A DNA stretch of 64,000 bases from the NCBI RefSeq assembly GCF_018350175.1, contig NC_058368.1, positions 230,642,001 to 230,706,000 of the forward strand. Direction: 5' to 3'. Every line of letters starts with the position of its first letter. Positions within the stretch are counted from its first letter, which is position 1. The DNA is from Felis catus (lineage: Eukaryota). The notes under the pieces were generated by a model. That model saw nothing but the letters and a program-made list of their open reading frames with translations, was not told the origin of the DNA and did not search any database. The position numbers were made by a program, and so were the translations under genes. Positions 51,455-64,000 of this stretch are shown one piece after another.

Positions 51455-53183
51455 ACAGTTCACTTTGCACTCCCTTTTCTGTCTTACCCTCCCTTCCTCT
51501 TTGGCGATACAACTGGACAGATTGGTAAAAAGACCCTGAGCTCGCATCCTCCTTTGGGACAGTGGGAAACTTAAACCTCCCATCCTTGGGAACTCTCCTG
51601 CAGTCCCACCCCTTGGCCACTTACTATAAAGGCCCAAACTCAATGGCTCTGCTCTGCCTGCGTCAACCTGGACCTGCTTGTGCCCACCAGCTCTTCCTAG
51701 AAGTCCTTTGAATAAGAAGACTCTAAAATTCTCTTGGTTCCTGGAAATCATCGACCTCAATATACCCAAACCCAATATATCCAAACACAGGTGGGGGTCC
51801 TGTGTGCATTTGCAGGGGACCAAACAACACTAACAGGGAAGAGGCTCCTCTGGGCAAGACACTGACACCGAGTGACTGGCAGGCACAGAAATCAGTAGGA
51901 CCGTAAAGCTTTCACCAGCACCTGTGCCTCCAACCTTCAAGAGCAAGTCGACCAGCCGACCTACCTGTCTCCTCGGCGTTCATAAGGAGACTCTTCATTA
52001 CACTTACCAGATTGCTGAGTTTCTGCATCCTCAAGCTGATACCAGAAAGAGCCGAGTGATTCTGACAACCTTGCCCCATGATGGCCCCATAGATCTGGTG
52101 TCGTATCCATTTTGGCAAGTTTAACTTAATTAGCGAGCAGATGATGGCAGCAATGTAACAGAAAGAAAGAAGAAAGAAAGAAAGAAAGAAAGACAGACAG
52201 ACAAACTCCTGGAAGTCTACATGGTGACTGAGCAGTTCCAAGTATTTCTGTCTTTGCTCCAACTTTGGCTTGCCACAAGCCGCAGGCTTGGCATTTACCT
52301 CTTTGGGCCAGATGCTAAATTAAGTTTGAAGACATTTCAGGGATTCATTATTGATCAGGCTTTTGGCACCTGGAGGAGGAACTAAAGAAGCAGCAGCTGT
52401 GGTTTCAAAGGTGCCACCTCAAAGCCAAGAGCCACCAAAAATAACAAGTAAACTTTTCAGGTCTACGCGTCCTTGACATATCAAAGCCGGGTGCTGCCCT
52501 GGGCTCTAAGCGGAGATGATTAAGGAAAGCAGGGCTCTCCGTGGCCCCTCCAGCTCCCTGCATGGAAGAAAGTGGCTGCCAGGTCGAATCTTCACATTAA
52601 GCAATAATAATAAATCTATGAAGATGTGAGAATGTCTCCCTCCAGGCCTGCGTCTGTCACAGATCTTTGTTGCACGCTAGACGGAGAACCTGACCCAGGC
52701 TTCAGTAAGCAAAATGGAATTAATTTACTCCTGTAAATGAAAAGCCCAGAAGTCAGCAGACTCCAGGCATGGCTGGATTCAGGGACCAGATAAAGTTACC
52801 GTGGGCCTGTTTGTCTGTATGTCTCAATTGTCTCCACCTGTCCTGGCCGCACTATCCAAGTTCAGGTGTAATCAAACCTCCAGGAAGTCTGTCTTCTCAG
52901 CTTTAAATCCATGAAGCAAGAATAACTCAAGCCACTGCAAAAATCTTGGGGCATCTCATTAGTCGTTGTGGGGTCACATACTCATTCCTGAATGAGTTAT
53001 TAGATATGGGAGAATGGAAAGCTCTAGAAACACAAACTGTTTAAAAATTATCATGTTACCAATCATTAAAATTACCAAGCATCATATTAAGGGCTTTATT
53101 GTTTGTGGGGCTCTATCACCCAATGTGGAAGGGCAGGTGCCAAGAGGTTGTCCTGACCAGCTTTGTCCACTGGATAAGTTCTT

Positions 53184-53269
53184 TTTTTTTTTAATATTTT
53201 TTAATGTTTATTTATTTTAAGAGAGAGAGACTGAGAGAGTGTGCACATGCATGAGCAGGGGAGGGGAGG

Positions 53270-53303
<34 letters not shown>

Positions 53304-53429
53304 CCCAAGCAGGCTCTGCACTGTCAGTGTAAAACCTGATGAGGGGCTCGATCTCACGAACCGTGAGATCATAACCTGAGCCCAAACCAAGAGTCGGATG
53401 CTTAACTTACTGAGCCACCCAGGTGCCCC
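53184..53429 (-). mobile_element. Can-SINE
   Basis: T tail, (GA)n, body and head. TSD ctggataagttctt at 53170-53183 and 53432-53445. Confidence 0.95.
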
Positions 53430-53573
53430 AGCTGGATAAGTTCTTAAATACCATGTCAGTTTATACCTCAAGCCCAGAAAAATACCACACTCTTCTCTGT
53501 CACAGGTGATGGGAGTTGGTAGTGGATTTATACTGATTTATACAAGCAGCTCATTTTTAAATAAAATGCTTTT

Positions 53574-53599
53574 ACACACACACACACACACACACACAC
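53574..53599. repeat. (CA)n microsatellite followed by a very AT-rich patch
   Basis: Read directly from the sequence. Confidence 0.9.
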
Positions 53600-54624
53600 C
53601 AAATAATTAACTTGTTTTTTATTAATATTAATATAATACATTATATAGCATTAATATATTAATATTATTCATTTTAATCACCTATTAATTTGGTTTTTAT
53701 AAAATTTTGATATTAAAAATGGTTTAAAATATTAATAAATATTTGATCACATTGCCAAGGAATCTCAGAATCTCAGAGAATCTCAGAGAAGTTAAATAAC
53801 TTGTCTAAGTTCACATGGTTAGTTGTGGGATTTGGAGTTATGTTGGCCTTTGGACTCATATACTTGAGTTGTAGTGGGGCTTGGGGGCCATCGAGTCCAA
53901 AGCAGAGTCAAATTTACAGCCTCCCTGACAGACGTTCACCCAGATGTTGTCACCCTTCCAGAGAAGCATGCCAAGTTACGTCAGCCCGAACTAATACAAA
54001 AAGGTGCTAGAAAGTTCCCTCTTGTGTAGACCTTGCATCCATTCCACCTATAAATTCTTTTCTCTAGGTGTCTTAGACACTGAGCCCAATTAATTCAGCG
54101 TTTTCAGTGTTTTCAATAGTCACATCATGCCCTTGGTGCATCCTAACCTTGAATCAACTAAAACTCCAGGTTGCTTTTATTTTGGGGGGTTTTGCTGGTT
54201 TGGGTTTGGCAAGTAGAGTTTCTACGATCAGGACCCTGTCTCCTTGAATTGGACCTGTGCATCTGACCTTCTCAATTGCACTTGGATTCCACCTTGTTTG
54301 TTTCAACCCTGCCTTTTTGCATCTTGAGTCGGCATCGAAGCACTTGTCACTGTCATAAACCTGACTTTGTCGGGCTTCACTCGGGTGCGTGTTCGATAGG
54401 AGAGAGCCTGTTCGGGGATGTGGAAGTCCAAGCCACTTTTCAGAATTGAAGAATTTTATCAGCAGAGAATATTGCTCAACTTGCTGTTTGCGGGATCCAT
54501 GCTCTTTAGCTTGTAATTGTCTCCCAGATTTTTATTCATTACAATGGATACATTAGAGAGGTGTCAGCACCTCAATCTTAATGTTGTCACAATGTTCTGT
54601 CCTTCAAGTGGCAGCCTTCTAAGC

Positions 54625-54745
54625 CTGGCACTGTCTCACTAATAAGTGGACTTGGACAGGTCACTTTCTTGTCAGAACCTCAGTTTCCCCCATTGGCAGA
54701 ATAAGAATATTATACTAGATAGACCTCTAAGGCCCCTTCCCATGA
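54625..54745 (+). mobile_element. MIR/MIR3 SINE fragment
   Basis: gacttggacaggtcactt...cctcagtttccccattgg...actagatagacctctaaggccccttcc core. Confidence 0.75.
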
Positions 54746-57102
54746 ATTTATTCTGATACCTACAGTTTTGCTTTTCACACAACAAAAACCTTGACAAAGT
54801 GTTCACTGCTTGGTATAATGCCTTGGTTTTGAATTTAGACACGATCTGGAAACACCCTCAATTTCCTGCAAACATAAACAACAGCTAGTTCAATGTCTCA
54901 CCTATTATGTTCACAGCCCATCCATTTACTTTCTTGTTGATTTTTTCATTCTCTCTCATCCCCTTTCAAAGGTTTGCATAACACACTTAGCTCCTGCTCT
55001 GTCCATAAAAATGTCCCCGAGTCTCTCTTGGTGATGAGTGAAGCGGACCATTCAGACGTTTGAATATATACCTCTGCTCTGAGCAGGTCACATCAGAAAC
55101 TCCAAGTGCTATGCTTTCAACTGCAAGCCAGAAAGAAGCTGTTTTCTGTTAAAAAGAGACAAAATCAATGGTACTTTATTAAAACAGCATTTCCCATCTT
55201 CCACGACCGCATCTTGTCTAGTTGAGTCCTGGGAGCTGCTTTACCCACTAGCATCCTGGCTCAGCTGACACCCTTAAGAGTCTGTCAGGATTATAAGCCA
55301 CCACTGTGCACGCTGCCTTAAAACGATGAGCATTTACCCATAAAAAAAAATGGCCCTCGTCTCTGCACCATGCCAAGGGTGCCCATCTTTCAAAAGAATG
55401 AATTACAACGGTAGTGGGTACATGTTCTGAACGTAAGGGAACAAGAAGTTACAAAATTAATGAAACCAGATGCTGTTTCAAATCTCCTGTTAGAGAAAGC
55501 CATTTGTCAACCGAATCGGTCCTATAGCTTGATTACAAACGTCCATCTATGGAAATGTTGATGAAGCCAGGAAACTTGTTCAGAAAATATATGATTTGTA
55601 TAGTGCTGACACAGTCATTAAAATAGCCAATAACAATCACTGACTAACAAGAGGTTTTACTTCAAACTGAAAAATTAATACAGTTGACAAGAGCAAGAGA
55701 TAAGCTCTGGAATAAGTAACGCCTTCTCTTTTTTCTGGTCTTCGGCATCGGTCCGTGACTTACACAGATGGAATGTAGGTAAGGATTCCGATCTACTTGG
55801 AAGAAGCTATCTAAGCTTACCCTTCCTTTATTTGACAAAGCAATATGCAATTTTTCACATACATCTTTGGTGATAATCCACTACTCAATCAAATGATAAT
55901 ACAACCAAGACAATGAATTTTCCAAATAACTTTCCAAATAACTGTAGCCGACTGGCTGATGGAGAAGAAAAAGGAGGTGTTTACAGGACTGTTGGGAGGG
56001 CTATAGAAACTGAATTGTGGGTAAGGCTCAGGATGCAGTGCCTAAAACCCAGCCTCAGAGCTGCCTGAATACGGAGGACACGGCCGTGAAGGCACAGTCC
56101 ATCCACGTGACTTCTGCACCAGGGAGGGACCTTGCCAGACAGCTGTGGGAGAATGGATTCTGCCCAGAGTTTCCCTCCTTGAGTCACTCACTCCCCAACT
56201 GAAACATCCCACGGCAGAGGTTGTTGGGTTGAACTCAGGTCACACGTCTACACTACTGCCTCGAAGACCGCTCAGGGTTCAAGTGTTCAGGTCTCTGCCT
56301 TGGGAAGGCTTGGACTTAGATTAAGTCCAAGCAAAGCTGTCCTAACAGTGCCACCCTCTAGAAAACCTGACAAATACCCACACCTACCCATGGGCATTCA
56401 TCAGTGAACCAGGAGAAGCTCTGAGGAAGACATCCATCGGTCAGAACTCTGTAGCCAACCAGATCATCCTGCTGCTCCTGTCTATTCCATGTTTCTCCCA
56501 AGGACCAACCTCCCTCCCATCCAGTGGATCCAATGGATCCCATCCAGTAAATACCCAGGGCCAATATGAAAGAGCAAAGGCTGGATTTACCACTGCCAAC
56601 CCCCTACCAAAACCTTAAACACCTAGAAGACCAGACCAAATATACGCAAAGGGTTTGGACAAAGGCCTGCACGGGATTATGGTTCATGAAAGGAAGGAAA
56701 CAAGGTGAGCCCGGCGATTACATGAGCACACGGCCAAGGGGCAGAGAGGAAAACAGGACCTGTCTGAGTTGAGGAGAGCTCGAAGTTTAGGATGGCCAAA
56801 AAGGCCTGAATTTGTAGCACAGATACAGGAGACAAGATAGTTGCAGAGAATTAGGTTGGACAGGGCACCTCTCGCATTGATCCTGAGAAGTTCTGGCCCT
56901 TGTCTGCCCTTCCCAGACTCATCCTAGACCAACCCCCTTATCTCCTTATCTTTACGCAATCTTCAGACATGTTAGGGAACAGCTATTAGGCTAGAGATTT
57001 CCTCAACTAGCACAGTGTGGTCCAAAATATGGACACCATTTGACTGGACATGAGTGTTTTCCAAGCATCTTAAGACACACTTTAAAAAAAAAGATTATCC
57101 CT

Positions 57103-57315
57103 AGGGCACCTGAGTGGCTCAGTTGGTTAAGTGTCCAACTCTTGATTCTGGCTCAGGTCATGATCTCGTGGTTTCTGAGTTCAAGCCCCATGTCAGGCTC
57201 CCTGCTGGTGGCATGGAGCCTGCTTGGGATTCTCTCCCTCTCCCTCTCTCTGTCCCTCACCTGCTTGTGCTCTCTCTCTCTCAAAATAAATAAATAAACT
57301 TAAAAAAATTTTTTT
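57103..57315 (+). mobile_element. Can-SINE
   Basis: agggcacctgagtggctcagttgg head, CT tract, aataaa tail, attatcc flanking repeat. Confidence 0.94.
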
Positions 57316-57719
57316 AATTATCCTTTGAGTTATTTCTTCAAATGTATTCATTAATTAAGTTTACGATGGTCTTCTCACCAGCCCTTCTGCACCAAGCATT
57401 ACGCTAAGTGGAGAGATTGAGTTGACATCCTTAACCCTTACAGAAATCAGCCCAGGAGGAGCATTGCTCTGACTCACACTTTGTGAGGTAAGTTTTGGAC
57501 AGTCGTATTTTCAGAGGGTGAGCTTTGTCCCCTATCCTGGGCACATCTTTCTCTAGCATTTTCTGATACCTGCAGGCATCTTGAATACCCACAGCACCAA
57601 CCTGCTAATCTACTGTGGGAATATTCAGTAACCACTTTGTACTGATCTATACAGTTTAATTGCTTTAAATACATGCAAACAAAGACACATGCCAGCTAAT
57701 GTTTCCCTTTCCAGTGCAG

Positions 57720-58325
57720 TAGATATTTGTTGAGTTCTGGCCACTATGCACCCACTCACACTACTTCTGTTAATAATGGCACAATTTTCCTGTGGGGCAC
57801 CACTTCCTCCCCTACCCTCTAATGGTGTGCACTGGGTGGAGTTGGCCCTGCCCCTGGCCCCGGGACTCAGATCTGACCAACCAGAGTATGATACTTCCCT
57901 CATCACTGCAAATGGTTCAGAAATGATCACATCATTCAATCAGAACCAGTGAAACGAAGACTTTTCTTTAGTGCTCTTTAGCAATAAGGGAGATAAGAGT
58001 CAGTTGCTGGCAAAGATCACCAGAGTCCTGAGAATGAAACCAATGTAACAGAAGTCAGAGCCAGAGATGGAGAGAAACCTAGCTCCTTCTGGTTGTGTTA
58101 GAACGCTTTTGCCAAGCCTCACCTTGAGTTTTTTAATAAATGAACCAATAATTCCCCGTTTCTGGCTTAACATTGAGTTGACTTTTTTATCACTTATTAT
58201 TAAAGAGCCAAGCCCCACCTGAAACAGGTCTACTCCTAAGTTTTTCAAGATATTTATGTCTAATTTCCCTTTTTCTGCCAAAGTTTGGGTTGTGTTTTCC
58301 AATACTTGCTATTAAAATCCTCCTG
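57720..58325 (+). mobile_element. Degraded MaLR (MLT1) LTR fragments
   Basis: gagaatgaaaccaa...agagccagagatggagagaaa...tgaaccaataattcccc...ttgagttg..tttt..tcactt motifs. Confidence 0.55.
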
Positions 58326-59689
58326 ACATACCAAATGAGTAACTTCTCTGCCTCATTTTGTGCTGATTCTCCCCAAAATGTTTTACTGCCTGCTCATCAC
58401 TAAGGAAGACAGCTCATTTTTAAAGATCTTTTAAGTGTGGTCTCAGGTTGTCCCTGATTCTTTAAACAATATCATGGGAGGTACTGAATGACACTAGACA
58501 AGTTATTTGGAGTATTTTGTTTTCACACATGCCAACGCACGTCATGAATTCTCAAGGCTTATTTGGCAACTAAACATAGCCTTTACATGACAACTATTTC
58601 ATGCTAGGAAACTTGTACTCTAAAGAATCCTTGTTAAAGTATTCTATTTCTAGTCATTCCGGAAAGACTAATGGAATAAGGTACATTGGCTAGAACTGGG
58701 TTGTGAAATGTGTGATAACTGGAATCTGATGACATTTCTACCAAGGTAAGATCTCCAAAGTTTCATGGGCAATGTTGAAGGGGAATAGAGGGAAAGGGAA
58801 AGCCCAGGTGAGGTTCTGCATCAGATGGCTTTGGAGAGTTTGGGAGCTGCATAATAACTTTGGACACTTGATGAAGTGGAAATTAGGGTCAACAGAGAGT
58901 CAGAAGGAGCAGGAAAGGGACGGTGGGGAAACACTTCACATGGTGCTTAGAACAATCTTTCGGAATAACAGATGAATGGAGATTTCCTCGTTCTATTGCC
59001 ATTTATTGGTAATGAGACAAGCATCTCTCATTTTGGACTTAAATCCCCTTAAGTCCAAGTCATTGGACTTAAATGGCTTTAAAAAAATTTTATTAACAGA
59101 GGTCTTTTTCATCCCAATAGAAACGCTAATAAATGAATTGGCACTCTCAAATAACCAGTGTGGGAAGAAATTTCTCCAGCAACAAGCTTTTGTATGATTT
59201 TAAGAGTGATTGTCCTTAAATTGGACTAGAGAACTTACATTGTTTACTAAGAAATGGGAGAAACAGGATGGATAACTGAGAAGCCAACACACTTATAAGT
59301 AAACTTACAGATAGTGACACAACTTACTAGTTCTTTAAGATATTGTAGGATTTGTTGTGTCTCTTGGAGTTTTAACTGATTTCCATTGTACTTGTAATAT
59401 TAAATATGCTACTTGAACAGACAAGATTTTTAAACATAAAAATCAATAAATGCTTTTGCTCTGGGACCGCGATGGGGATGTGGTGTCACGCTTGCTGCTG
59501 AGTGCACAATGGGGCATTTGTCAGGCTGCCAAGATCCCCGTATCCTCCCCTATCTCGTCTCATTACTCATCCAGATTTGAGAGCTCATGTTATCATGTAC
59601 AGGCTGTACATTCCCTTGAAATATTAAAGGTATATAATCATGACTCCTGTTTAGGTCCTCTTAAAATGACTAAGAATAGGGCACATGTA

Positions 59690-59929
59690 GAAGTGAAAGG
59701 CAGACGAGAGAGAGATGGAGAATATAGTTGGCTTCTAGAAGCTAGAAAAGGGGAGGAAATGGATTCTAGCCTAAAGCCTCCAGAAAGAATGCAATCCTAC
59801 TGGTGCATTTTGTCCCTGTAAGGCTCACGACAGGCTTCTGACCTCTAGAACTGTAAGATCTGGGATTTGTGGTGTTGTCACACACTGAGTTTGTAGTATT
59901 TATTATAGCAGCAATAGGAAACTAATACA
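59690..59929 (+). mobile_element. MaLR LTR 3' part (MLT1D-like)
   Basis: ctagaagctagaaaag..ggaaatggattct..agcctccagaaagaatgca...ttctgacctctagaactgtaagat...agcagcaataggaaactaataca. Confidence 0.8.
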
Positions 59930-60221
59930 GACCCCATCCAACCTGGGCCCACCAGACTTTCTCTCATGCATGCTTACTTTAAATAATAATTTACCTAGAG
60001 AATATTAAAGCACACTGAGTAACAGTGGAAAATATTTTTTTACTTCTATTTTGAATGCTACTTAATTCCTCTATTCAGGTTAAATATGTTGGAATGGGTG
60101 CGTTTTCTGAAAATGCCAGAACTGTCTTTTAAAATAAGATAGTTGGTTAGTCCTCTATGTATTCAAAAACAATGAATTTTAAAGATGAAGGTCAACATTA
60201 CAGGTTTTTAGAAAATATCCT

Positions 60222-60373
60222 GGGGTGCCTGGCTCAGTTGGTTAAGCAGAGCCTGGAGCCTTCTTCAGATTCTATCTCTCTCTGTCTCTCTCTCTCTCTC
60301 TTTGCCCCTCCCCCACTCACACTTTGTCTATCTGTTTCTCTCTCAAAAATAAACATTAAAAAACTTTTTTAAT
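60222..60373 (+). mobile_element. Can-SINE with large internal deletion
   Basis: Head ggggtgcctggctcagttggttaagc joined directly to agagcctggagcc, then CT tract and A tail. Confidence 0.9.
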
Positions 60374-61329
60374 AAAAGTATCCAATGAGAGCAAAAACCT
60401 TATAACAATTAGTGAAATTTATGTGAGGCTCCTTTCTTATCAGAAAGGGATCTCCTTGAGGTGTTCATATAAACCAGCATATCTTAGTATGTGATTTTGT
60501 TATTCTATTTCTTCTGGGCCTAAAAATGAACCAGCTGGCAGCAAAAGAGTGAGAGGGCCAATCACTCATTTCCCTGATAAGTTGTCAGCCAACTCATTGA
60601 TCAATGTATCCATATATATTCATTCACAATTTCCAGTAGAGAAGGTTAGGGAAGTACAAAGAAGTAAAATGCCTGTTCTCAAGGGCTTTGCATATAATGT
60701 ACTCAGAGTTGCCTTCACACAGTAAAAATGAGGGCGAAAGAAAGGCTATAGGGTGTTGACACCTGGAAAAACTGGTTTAGGGTCTTTCAATAAAAGACAA
60801 GTGCTGAGGAATAAAGTCATATCAGAGTGAATTAATTAAACTTGTATGAAAATAAGCACCACACTGAGCAGTGATTGACAATAGTTCTACAATTAGATCA
60901 GATGTATTAAAGCACATTAAGATAAACTGTAACTGGGTGTTTTTATTTGTTTAAATTTTCCCTAAACTGTGCACCATTTTTAAAAAATATTTTTTGGTGA
61001 TCAGAAATGTGCCTGCCCAGTTTGTTCCCATGGAATGTAATTTTAATTATATCCCAAGTATAAGAAGGTGGCCTTTCTTCAGGCATAGAAAGACCCACTG
61101 ATGTATGGCGCTACATATTCGTGAGGTCACTGACAGACAGGACCTATCATTATAGAGAATGTTAATCAAATCTAAGGACCTGTACAGTGAAAGGAAATAT
61201 TTCCATTGTTCTTGAGGAACTCAGAAGAGGAAAAGAAACAGAATTGTCAGCAGTGGGGAGAAACATGTCAGCTCCACAGAGATTCATCTGGGATATGAAA
61301 TGAAAGTTCCGGAGCAATCCGAGTCTTCC

Positions 61330-62370
61330 CTCTAGCTCCCTGACAAGCCCTTTCCTGGTGTTGCACTGGATTAGGTTCTTCTTCCTCCATTCACTTCCTA
61401 AATGTCCATCATCCTCAAACCTCTCCTCTACTTGTCTGTTCCCTCCCTTCATACAGATCAATACTTCCAACCATATGTCCAGTCAAGACCTGTGTCCCAA
61501 GGTCCAGCCTCAAGTGTAAGACTACCTTCATAACTTCTCTTCCAAATTTCTTACACGTACATGCTGGTTTACATGCCTCTGACCCCTTGTAAATCTCCCT
61601 TTCTCTCCATTCCCCAATTCATAGGATGGCCCCACCACCCAGGCAGCAATGGGAGTCATTCTAAACCCTTTCCCATCACCCCTGCCCACATCAGTTACCC
61701 ATTCAATTTTCTGGATATTTCTTCGTCCTACACTTTTCTTTTCTTCCACTGTCTCTGCTTTTATCAAGCCCTGATTATTTCTCTCTTGGATTACTGAAAC
61801 AACATCCTCATTGGCTCCCTTTGTCTAAAATGGTTTCCTTCCCAACCTATATCCTATAATTTGGCTAGATCTAGCTTTCTGTAACAGAAGTCCATTCATA
61901 TTGCTGCCCTGCTTCAATTCCTTCCTGAGAGCTTTCAGCATAAATTTTGAACTTCAAGACCCTTCACAATCGGAAATTGCCTCTATAGTAGCTCCTGCAA
62001 CTTCCTACCATACCTGTTACACCATCCATTCCAATCAATGGCCATTACCCAAAGTCTTCATGACCTTCTGTCCTTTGCATCTGGAATGCATATCACTATT
62101 CAACTCCCACTCATCCCTCAAGGCTCAGACTATATCCTGTCACCTTTTGGAATGACTCTCTGATGCAATGATCTGATTTGGCTCCCTTTCCTCAGCTCCC
62201 ATGACACCTACTGCATGCCTCTATTATGTCCTACCCACCCTACATCATAATCATTGGTTTGCTTTGCTGTTCTCAACAGATAAGGCAACTTGAGGTCCAA
62301 CCTGGGCATGTCGATGCCTTGAGCTCCTCGCACAATGCCTGGTGCATAATTGATTCCCAATAACCGTGGT
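61330..62370 (+). mobile_element. L2 LINE 3' fragment
   Basis: tctctcttggattactg..aacatcctc, cctttgcatctggaatgc, cacaatgcctggtgcata terminal motif. Confidence 0.7.
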
Positions 62371-63234
62371 GACACAAAAAGGTGCCGTGCAATTCTCAGG
62401 CAGAGAAGCTACTGAGATAATGGACTGGTTACACAAAAATAATGAGGTGGGTCTCCGCTCAGAAATTCTCACACTTGGAAAAGACTTGGACATATCAAAG
62501 AAACCAGTGAGGAAAGAATTTTAGTATTGTTTAATTGGAAGTGAAGTTTGTAGGATTCAGGTAACAAGAGCATCATCTGATAGAGAAATTGGCCAGGTAA
62601 CTGTTCGTGGTCCCCTAAAATAAGAAAGATTTTAACAGAGATAACAGTCTGAAAAAATGGTGATTTATTACTTTGGTTAATTTCTTTTTGCTTACTCTCC
62701 ATTTTACTCATAGCATCGATCAGAAATCATATGTGGAAGGTAACACCAATAAAAATGACTTCTATTCTATGAACCAGGTTTTTTTTTTCATAAGACTAAA
62801 TAAATCTTATGTGAAGTCTTCTCAAATAAGCACCAAACACTAGTGCCTCTGTTTGAAGGACACAAACCTCTCCTTTGAAAACATGACATGTCTCCTGTTA
62901 TAAACCTTTGAAAATTTCCAGTTTCTAATTTTTGTTGATTTACAAGGTATTGTCATCCATAAGATCTTTATTTCTTCTGACATAAGCATTTACCCAAGAA
63001 TACCTCAAGGTACGTAAGTGTGAAGAGACCCCAAAAAAAACCCTCATGCGCTGTGGATACTGGTACAGGTTTGGTTTAACTGTTTTTCAATTAGTAAAGA
63101 AAAACAAACCTTCTACCCTTCAGGGGCATTTTCCAAACTTCAATAACCATCAGGATGTCAAAGCCATTTCTTTTATGTAGTTGGTAACCTCACACATAAG
63201 GACAGAAGAGTTCAGACATTAAAACACCATTAAG

Positions 63235-63466
63235 GGGGCGCCTGGGTGGCGCAGTCGGTTAAGCGTCCGACTTCAGCCAGGTCACGATCTCGCGGTCCAT
63301 GAGTTCGAGCCCCGCGTCAGGCTCTGGGCTGATGGCTCGGAACCTGGAGCCTGTTTCCGATACTGTGTCTCCCTCTCTCTCTGCCCCTCCCCCGTTCATG
63401 CTTTGTCTCTCTCTGTCCCAAAAATAAATAAAAAAACGTTGAAAAAAAAATTTAAAAAAAAAAAAA
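63235..63466 (+). mobile_element. Young-looking feline SINE (SINEC_Fc)
   Basis: Most CpGs retained, intact A/B boxes, long A-rich tail. TSD caccattaag on both sides. Confidence 0.96.
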
Positions 63467-64000
63467 ACCACCATTAAGATCACTTTGGTTGTAAGATTCC
63501 CACGTTCTCAGCAAATCTGGGCCTAATTACTGCCACCTTAAATGTGAACAGAGGATTTTCCGCACTTGCTTACAGGAAGGTCTTGCACAATTCAAAAAAT
63601 GAAAATCAACAGTGAGACAGTGGACAGCCTTAACTTAATTAAAACATAGCTTCTAGTGAGGAAAGTAACAGGTACTCAGGAATGCTGATACAAAAGCACT
63701 GAAATACTTGAAGGGGTCTGGTAATTAGGCTCAAAGCTCTTTAGCAATCCTGTCTTTTTCCTCTACCATGGCAGGGGAATTATGCTCTTCTCTCAACAAC
63801 CAAATAAAGAAGAGAAGAGAGAACATGACCCAGTGAAAATGAGTTTGGGATAGGAGGGGTGGCCAGGAAGTGGACCTATAAGGAAAATGTGTGACCCCTT
63901 TCAAGGCAGACCCACAAGAGACCACAGTTATTTCCTCTTAAACCCGTAGCCTTCTTCAGTCCCCTCAACCCCAGAGAGACGCGTCTTCTTTCATTCTTTC

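Noticed and set aside
38611..64000. Possible additional gene downstream of CTNND2
   Set aside because: No recognisable coding exons, CpG island or spliceable ORF chain; the region is dominated by interspersed repeats.

Overview
Eukaryotic (mammalian) genomic DNA, almost certainly felid, since it carries 14 carnivore Can-SINEs of the cat SINEC_Fc type. The + strand holds the 3' end of CTNND2 (delta-catenin): four coding exons at 18936-19062, 23256-23387, 29320-29393 and 36742-37002. They have canonical AG/GT sites and consistent phases, and end in the PDZ-binding motif DSWV. A 3' UTR of about 0.9-1.6 kb with several AATAAA signals follows. Bases 1-18935 are the 3' part of a long intron, and the ~25 kb after the gene is repeat-rich intergenic DNA (SINE, L1, L2, MIR, MaLR LTRs, MER DNA transposons, one young-looking ERV solo LTR). 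Almost all other ORFs in the supplied track are chance or repeat-derived. I found no evidence of a new multi-gene system. The most notable items are a 31-nt tailless U6 snRNA retro-insertion with a perfect 20-bp target-site duplication (TSD), an intact solo LTR pointing antisense toward the CTNND2 3' end, nested insertions, a close inverted SINE pair, and a candidate poison exon. Repeat family names and boundaries of old repeats were assigned by eye from remembered consensus sequences and are approximate.
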